A DNA stretch of 64,000 nt from the NCBI GenBank assembly GCA_049287005.1, contig JBAQEZ010000001.1:2204-66203 (forward strand), read 5' to 3'. Source of the DNA: Candidatus Moraniibacteriota bacterium (lineage in GTDB: Bacteria; Patescibacteriota; Minisyncoccia; Moranbacterales; UBA1568). Within the stretch, counting starts at the first letter, position 1. Each line of letters starts with the position of its first letter. The notes under the pieces are model-generated. The model was not told the DNA's origin. It did not search any database and worked only from the letters and a program-made list of their open reading frames with translations. Below, in pieces: positions 58,752 to 64,000 of this stretch. Position numbers and translations under genes: made by a program.

Positions 58752-59495
58752 CTAGTGCATAATCCACTGAAAAAACCGAGTGACCACCAAATGTACTTCG
58801 CGCAGCGCCGCCGGTTCCACTTTGACGCGTGACAACGTTTCCAAGCGATTACCCAAAAAAAGGCGGATGAGCTTGATCGTGTTCTCACTGACCGGGAAAA
58901 CATGCTCGGCACCATGAGTACGTTGTCCGGCCAGCATCCCACCGGCACTTGGACTGAAAAAATGTTGTTCGCCTGATTGCAGTTTTTTTCCTGATACGGC
59001 GCACCGGTCGGTTTCGATCGCATAGCCCAGATGGGCGAATAGCTGGATCAGAAAGCCTTCTGTCAATAAGAATATTTTCTCTTTTTTCCGTTCGCGCGCC
59101 AAATCATCGGCCAATGACAGATATGTTCCAAGCAACTGAAACAATTCACGATCCGGCTCATCCCACTCGATCAGGCGCTCGAAAATACTCACTGTTTCCA
59201 GTATGCGTTTCAGGATATCCAAATCGGTGCGCAGATGGAGAAAGTTTTTTTCCGCTACGGCTCCGGCGATTCTCCCCGTTCCGCGCCCTTTCACCACGAT
59301 CACCAATCCCTGCATGAGCGTCTCGAGCTGACCGGCCAGTTTCGCCTCGGACTTCCGCACGCCCTTGGCCACCAGCTGCACCTTGCCCTGCTCCGCCGTA
59401 TACAGCGTATACAGGCGGTCGGTTTCCCCTACCTCTTTTTTCCTGATCACGATGGCGTTATAGCGAAGTTCCACAGAAAAATTTCTAATTTCCAA
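58752..59495 (-). CDS. recO: DNA repair protein RecO (non-ATG, TTG start)
   Basis: N-terminal OB-fold-like sequence (NAIVIRKKEVGETDRLYTLYT), ~247 aa. The first codon is TTG. Confidence 0.65.
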   Translation of the reverse strand: MEIRNFSVELRYNAIVIRKKEVGETDRLYTLYTAEQGKVQLVAKGVRKSEAKLAGQLETLMQGLVIVVKGRGTGRIAGAVAEKNFLHLRTDLDILKRILETVSIFERLIEWDEPDRELFQLLGTYLSLADDLARERKKEKIFLLTEGFLIQLFAHLGYAIETDRCAVSGKKLQSGEQHFFSPSAGGMLAGQRTHGAEHVFPVSENTIKLIRLFLGNRLETLSRVKVEPAALREVHLVVTRFFQWIMH

Positions 59496-59623
59496 TTTCT
59501 AATTTCCAATCAATTTTCAATGACTGAATTTCAAAATCTTCAAAATTATTGATCACAATTTAACTCAAATGAGAATTTTCTCAAAATATCTGCGGTAAGA
59601 ATTTTTCAGAGAGGCTTGAAAGT

Positions 59624-59668
59624 TTTGCGAGCATGGTGCCGTCCCGCTCAGGCGGGACGGATCGCAAA
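59624..59668. repeat. REP-like palindromic element GGTGCCGTCCCG-N4-GCGGGACGGA, copy 2, with an outer TTTGCGA/TCGCAAA stem; probable ileS terminator
   Basis: 9-bp perfect inner stem (59639-59660) within a longer hairpin. Its core matches copy 1 at 40246-40273 with only the 4-nt loop (TCAC vs CTCA) differing. Confidence 0.7.
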
Positions 59669-59745
59669 AGTTTCAGGAGTGAGGCCGTCGCTGGACGGAC
59701 GAGTGTCTCTATGAAAGATTGCTTACCGTCGGATATTTTTCAACA

Positions 59746-62697
59746 CTATGCTCTCTTCAATGAAAAATGGAGTGACCCGCCTTCGATTTCAACGGTCTCG
59801 CTGAATTCGGCATCGGCAAGCTCGCCTGGCTGTACGGTGGTGGCCAGCACCTCTTTGGCGATTTCCTTTTCAAATTTCTCAAAGACTTTTTCCTTGCCTT
59901 GGTAACCGAGCAGGATGCGATCCTCGACATTGAAAGCGGCCTTCTTGCGCCCTTCCTGGATAGCCCGAATGATTTCCCGCGCCTCCCCCTCGAGCTTCAG
60001 TTCAGGAGTGATTTCTGTATTGAGAGTAATATTTCCTATTGTCGCTACAGACGATACATCACCTATAACGAACGTGCCTCCCGCTTGTCCAAGAACAACC
60101 TTTTCTGCTGAAGAACTTGAATCTATATTTTTTACATTCAACTCTTCCTTGAGAATCTCATGCATTTCCTCGCTCAACTCTTGATTCTTGATGCTTACTC
60201 CTGAGAGCGGTTGTCTTACTTTTATTTTTGCATCAGCACGCAATTTAAGTCCTTCCGTCACCAGATCACGAAGCGACCGCATTTGCTCATTCAATTTCTC
60301 ATCAATCAACGATTCATCCGCAACAGGAAAATCTGCTAAATGCACCGATTCTTCTCCGGTCAGATTCTTATAGATCTCTTCCGAAAGAAACGGCGTGAAC
60401 GGTGCCATCACTTTCGAAAGCGTCACCAAGACAGCATAGAGTGTCTGATAAGCCTGCTCCTTGTCGCTGTCATCCTCCGATTTCCAGAAACGCTTGCGGC
60501 TGCGCCGGATGTACCAGTTGGAGAGGTTATCGATGAACGGCATGAGGAGCCGCGTCGCTTTCGAAAGCTCATAATGCTCCATGGCACTTTCTACTTCTTG
60601 AATCAGCAGCTGCAATTCCGAGAGCATCCATTTATCCAGAATATTTTCTGGGACTGGCGCATCTTTTTTGGGCACCCACTTATCAATCGTCGTGTAGGTG
60701 GTGAAGAACGAATACGAATTCCACAGCATGCGAAACACGTTGCGGCTGACGTCGTTCAGATCACGCTCGGAAAAATTGAGGTTTTCCGCTGATACCACCG
60801 GCGAAGAGAGCAAGTAATACCGGAGGACATCGGCGCCATATTTATTGAGAACCTCCATCGGGTCAGGATAGTTCTTGAGCTTCTTGGACATCTTCTTGCC
60901 GTCTTCGGCCAGCACGATACCGTTGACGATGACGTTTTGGAACGCGTTGCTATCCTGGATGCTCACCGCGATGACATGCAGATAATAAAACCAGGCGCGC
61001 GTCTGATCGATGCCCTCGGCGATGAACTGCGCCGGAAAACTCGCCTCGAATTTTTCCTTGTCCGCGAACGGATAGTGCGCCTGCGCGTACGGCATCGAGC
61101 CGGAATCAAACCAGGTATCCAGAACATCAGGAATCCGTTTCATTGTGCCTCCGCATTTCTCGCAGGGCACAGTTATTTCATCGACGATGTGCTTGTGAAG
61201 ATCAGCAACTTTTTCCCCACTGGCTTCTTCTAATTCTTTTGCCGAGCCGAACACCCTCATCTCGCCGCAAGCGCATTTCCACAGCGGCATCACAGAGGCC
61301 CAATAGCGCTGCCGCGAAATAGACCAGTCTCGCGCTCCCTCGAGCCACTTGCCGAAACGCCCCTCTTTGATGTGCTCCGGCGACCAATGGATGCCTTCCG
61401 CCAACTGCAAAAGACGTTCCTTCACTTTGGTGACGCTGACGAACCAGGAAGATGTCGCGTAATTGAGGAGCGGCGTGTCGCAGCGCCAGCAATGCGGATA
61501 GCTGTGTTCGTATTTTTCCTTGCTGAAAAGCAACCTTTGCTTGGCAAGATACTTGATGATTTCGACATCCATGGCCTGGGGATCTTCTTTGGGCTTGACC
61601 GGCATCCCCGCGAACGCTGTCACTTCGGCTTTCATGATTCCATCCATATGCACATGCTGCACGAAAGGCAGATGCTCTCGCTTTCCCAATTCCATATCCT
61701 CCTCGCCGAAGGCCGGTGCCTCGTGGGCGATCCCCGTTCCCATCTCCGTCGTCACGAAATCGGCATGATAGATTTTCCAGCCGTTCTCGCGATTTTCCAA
61801 TGCTTCATCCTGGGCGTAATAATCAAACAGCGGTTTGTAGGATTTTCCCACCAAATCTTTTCCCATTATTTTTCCAATCACTTCGTATTCTTTATCCTTG
61901 AGGACACTCACTGCTGTCTCTTCAGCCAAAATATACTTCCCTTCTTCTCCCTTGATACTGACTACTTGATACTTGATACCTTCGCCCACAGCCAGTGCCA
62001 CATTGCCTGGCAACGTCCACGGCGTCGTCGTCCATGCCAGCATGAACGTACCTGGCTCATCAAGCAGTTCAAACTTGGCCGTGACGGCCAAATCCTTCAC
62101 CAGCTGATAGCCTTCCGCCACTTCGGACTGCGAGAGTGTCGTCTCACAGCGCGGACAGATGTGCATCGTCCGATAGCTTTCATAGACCAGTCCTTTGTCC
62201 CAGAGCGCCTTGAACACCCACCAGACGGATTCCATATAGTCGAGATCCATCGTCTTGTAGGCATTTTCCATATCTGCCCAGCGGCCGAAACGCCGGATGA
62301 CTTTTTTCCACTCCGCCACATATGCCAGCACCTTGGAACGGCAGATCTCGTTGAATTTTGCGACGCCCAGCTCCTCGATCTCTTTCTTATGCGTGATACC
62401 GAGCTCCTTCTCTGCGATGTTTTCGATCGGCAAGCCATGACAATCCCACCCCCACTTCCGTTCGACGCGATACCCTTTCATCGTCCAGTAGCGCGGTACG
62501 GTATCTTTGATGGCGCTGGCGACAATATGGCCGTAGTGCGGCGTCCCTGTCGCGAACGGAGGCCCATCATAAAAACTGTAGAGCTTGTCCGCGGGACGCT
62601 GCTCCACCGACTTCTCGAAAATCTTGTGCTCGTCCCAATATCGGAGCACCTCTTCTTCCAGTTTCGGAAAGCTGACTTGTGATTCGACTTTTTTCAT
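59746..62697 (-). CDS. ileS: Isoleucyl-tRNA synthetase
   Basis: PPFATGTPHYGHIVA HIGH motif, KMSKK, CP1 editing domain; ~983 aa from MKKVESQ. Confidence 0.95.
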   Translation of the reverse strand: MKKVESQVSFPKLEEEVLRYWDEHKIFEKSVEQRPADKLYSFYDGPPFATGTPHYGHIVASAIKDTVPRYWTMKGYRVERKWGWDCHGLPIENIAEKELGITHKKEIEELGVAKFNEICRSKVLAYVAEWKKVIRRFGRWADMENAYKTMDLDYMESVWWVFKALWDKGLVYESYRTMHICPRCETTLSQSEVAEGYQLVKDLAVTAKFELLDEPGTFMLAWTTTPWTLPGNVALAVGEGIKYQVVSIKGEEGKYILAEETAVSVLKDKEYEVIGKIMGKDLVGKSYKPLFDYYAQDEALENRENGWKIYHADFVTTEMGTGIAHEAPAFGEEDMELGKREHLPFVQHVHMDGIMKAEVTAFAGMPVKPKEDPQAMDVEIIKYLAKQRLLFSKEKYEHSYPHCWRCDTPLLNYATSSWFVSVTKVKERLLQLAEGIHWSPEHIKEGRFGKWLEGARDWSISRQRYWASVMPLWKCACGEMRVFGSAKELEEASGEKVADLHKHIVDEITVPCEKCGGTMKRIPDVLDTWFDSGSMPYAQAHYPFADKEKFEASFPAQFIAEGIDQTRAWFYYLHVIAVSIQDSNAFQNVIVNGIVLAEDGKKMSKKLKNYPDPMEVLNKYGADVLRYYLLSSPVVSAENLNFSERDLNDVSRNVFRMLWNSYSFFTTYTTIDKWVPKKDAPVPENILDKWMLSELQLLIQEVESAMEHYELSKATRLLMPFIDNLSNWYIRRSRKRFWKSEDDSDKEQAYQTLYAVLVTLSKVMAPFTPFLSEEIYKNLTGEESVHLADFPVADESLIDEKLNEQMRSLRDLVTEGLKLRADAKIKVRQPLSGVSIKNQELSEEMHEILKEELNVKNIDSSSSAEKVVLGQAGGTFVIGDVSSVATIGNITLNTEITPELKLEGEAREIIRAIQEGRKKAAFNVEDRILLGYQGKEKVFEKFEKEIAKEVLATTVQPGELADAEFSETVEIEGGSLHFSLKRA

Positions 62698-62828
62698 ACT
62701 TTTGTAGAGAAATTTTATGTTTGAGTACAGTTCGAGGCGCAAGCGAGGAGTGGAGTAAGCGGTATTCCACAATACCGCGTCGAACACCGGAACTTGCAAC
62801 AAAGAAATGTGCCAAACACAAAATTTCT

Positions 62829-63110
62829 AAAATAAAAAATCCCTAACACAAAACCGTGCTAAGGACGTTCGAAGACGTGGTACCACCTCAGTTTAGTATC
62901 ATGTATTTTGTATCAAGTATCATGTATCAAAAAATACAGTCTACAGAATACGCCATACAAAATACCCTCTTTATAGCTATTACGGGCTCACCCGGTAGAT
63001 TCTACATCTCAATATGAGATTTCTTTCTACAGCTTGGCCCGAGATTCACAAAAGTGGATTTTTCGGGTCGATGGAGTGATTGCCTACCCGCCTTGGGAGG
63101 GGCTCCTTCA
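62829..63110 (-). ncRNA. T-box riboswitch leader of ileS (Ile specifier)
   Basis: Minus strand: conserved T-box sequence AGGUGGUACCACG (62888-62876). Antiterminator: A1 CUGAGG / 7-nt bulge UGGUACC / A2 ACGU-CUUCGA-ACGU / CCUUAG. Competing terminator: CCUUAGCAC...GUGUUAGGG plus U-tract (62864-62829). Candidate specifier GCAAUCACU (AUC plus purine) at ~63080. Confidence 0.75.
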
Positions 63111-63158
63111 TAGCTTTTTCTCTTTGTAAAAGCAATATACCATCAATTGCTACAGGAA

Positions 63159-63725
63159 TCAACTGCCCTCTCGCCATATTACCTCCGTATAGGAACCCTT
63201 GTCCGGATACCACCCGGTAGCGGATTGGCCCGGAGCCTCATTGGTGAGGATACCGTGCAATTGTTCCAGCGGATCGCCATGCGACACGATGATCACTTTC
63301 TTGCCACTATACTTTTCTTGCACATCATCCAGAAAACTCTTCAGGCGTCCACGCATATCGATAAAACTCTCGACACCGTCGATTCCATCAGGACTGATGC
63401 GTGTCGCCGCAGTAGGATATTTTTTCAAGAGCTCTTGTTGCATCTTTCCGTTAAAAACACCCATCCCAGCTTCACACAGCCGCTCATCAAATTCGACGCT
63501 CAATCCGGTGACTCGGGCAATGATCTCGGCTGTTTCTTTGGCTCGAAGAATAGGCGAACTGAACATCGCATCCGCGCCCACGGTAACGAGAAACTGCGCC
63601 GTCTCGACAACCTGCTCCTTCCCCCGCTCTGTCAGAGAATACGTTTTGTTTTCAGGAAGGGAATTCAGAATGAAGCGGACGTTATTTTCCGCTTCTCCGT
63701 GCCGGACGAGATAGAAAGTAATCAT
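63159..63725 (-). CDS. Histidine phosphatase family protein (phosphoglycerate-mutase-like)
   Basis: LVRHGE N-terminal catalytic motif, a second His in the VSHG motif. Confidence 0.8.
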   Translation of the reverse strand: MITFYLVRHGEAENNVRFILNSLPENKTYSLTERGKEQVVETAQFLVTVGADAMFSSPILRAKETAEIIARVTGLSVEFDERLCEAGMGVFNGKMQQELLKKYPTAATRISPDGIDGVESFIDMRGRLKSFLDDVQEKYSGKKVIIVSHGDPLEQLHGILTNEAPGQSATGWYPDKGSYTEVIWREGS

Positions 63726-63790
63726 AACAAGGGAAATCGGTTCTCTGCGCGACTCACAACAACCCGTTATAGCCTACGTATCACCGTTTC

Positions 63791-63943
63791 TTAATGGAAA
63801 AAATGGTAGGCATCCATGCCGATGGCAACGACAAAAAAGAGGGCTGCCGAACCGACAGCTTTCATGACAAAACGCATAACTTCTTCATCCCGACTGAGCT
63901 TCCTACTGGGCTCTTTTTTCGGTGCGTGTTTTTTTCGCAACAT
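63791..63943 (-). CDS. Possible small tail-anchored membrane protein (~50 aa)
   Basis: Basic N-terminus plus a C-terminal TM segment (AVGSAALFFVVAIGM). It is below the ORF-track cutoff, and its identity (SecE-like?) is not supported by motifs. Confidence 0.2.
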   Translation of the reverse strand: MLRKKHAPKKEPSRKLSRDEEVMRFVMKAVGSAALFFVVAIGMDAYHFFH

Positions 63944-64000
63944 CTTCTCAATTTCTTAACAATAAACATGAAACGATGTTCCTTGACACATCACATTTTT

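Noticed and set aside
61372-62682. 436-aa '+'-strand ORF
   Set aside because: Antisense to ileS; no independent signals.

Overview
This 64-kb window is a gene-dense, almost entirely minus-strand chromosomal region of core housekeeping genes. Gene content suggests a reduced-genome bacterium, possibly a CPR/Patescibacteria-like lineage; this is inference, not a database result. Supporting observations: many genes lack Shine-Dalgarno sequences, there are lamin-tail-domain and DUF4012 surface proteins, and ThrRS lacks the TGS domain.

Recognisable genes: parA-parB, folD, glmS, leuS, recA, ftsK, rpoB-rpoC, thrS, a complete F1Fo ATP synthase operon (atpBEFHAGDC), tatD, metG, rsmI, glyQS, tgt, recO, ileS, two tRNAs (Leu-CAA, Gly-CCC), a P-type ATPase, a NUDIX hydrolase, an M16 peptidase and several cell-envelope proteins. 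No CRISPR array, transposase, integrase or recognisable defence genes were seen.

The most unusual content is non-coding or very small:
1. Two compact '+'-strand units, each with a consensus sigma70 promoter and an intrinsic terminator, encode tiny hydrophobic peptides. Each sits divergently next to an aminoacyl-tRNA synthetase gene (metG, glyQS).
2. A T-box leader with an Ile specifier and a textbook antiterminator lies upstream of ileS.
3. Several repeat families are present: an exact 23-nt AT-rich motif 20 nt upstream of both parB and glmS; a GGTGCCGTCCCG palindromic element in two copies; a 20-nt GC palindrome flanked by CAATCACCAA repeats inside the atp operon; and a 16-bp near-palindromic tandem array in front of an HTH (RodZ-like) gene.
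4. A holin-family / ElaB-like / amidase cluster with an HExxH protein lies upstream of rpoB.
5. A GC-rich islet between thrS and the P-type ATPase carries a Cys-rich small ORF.
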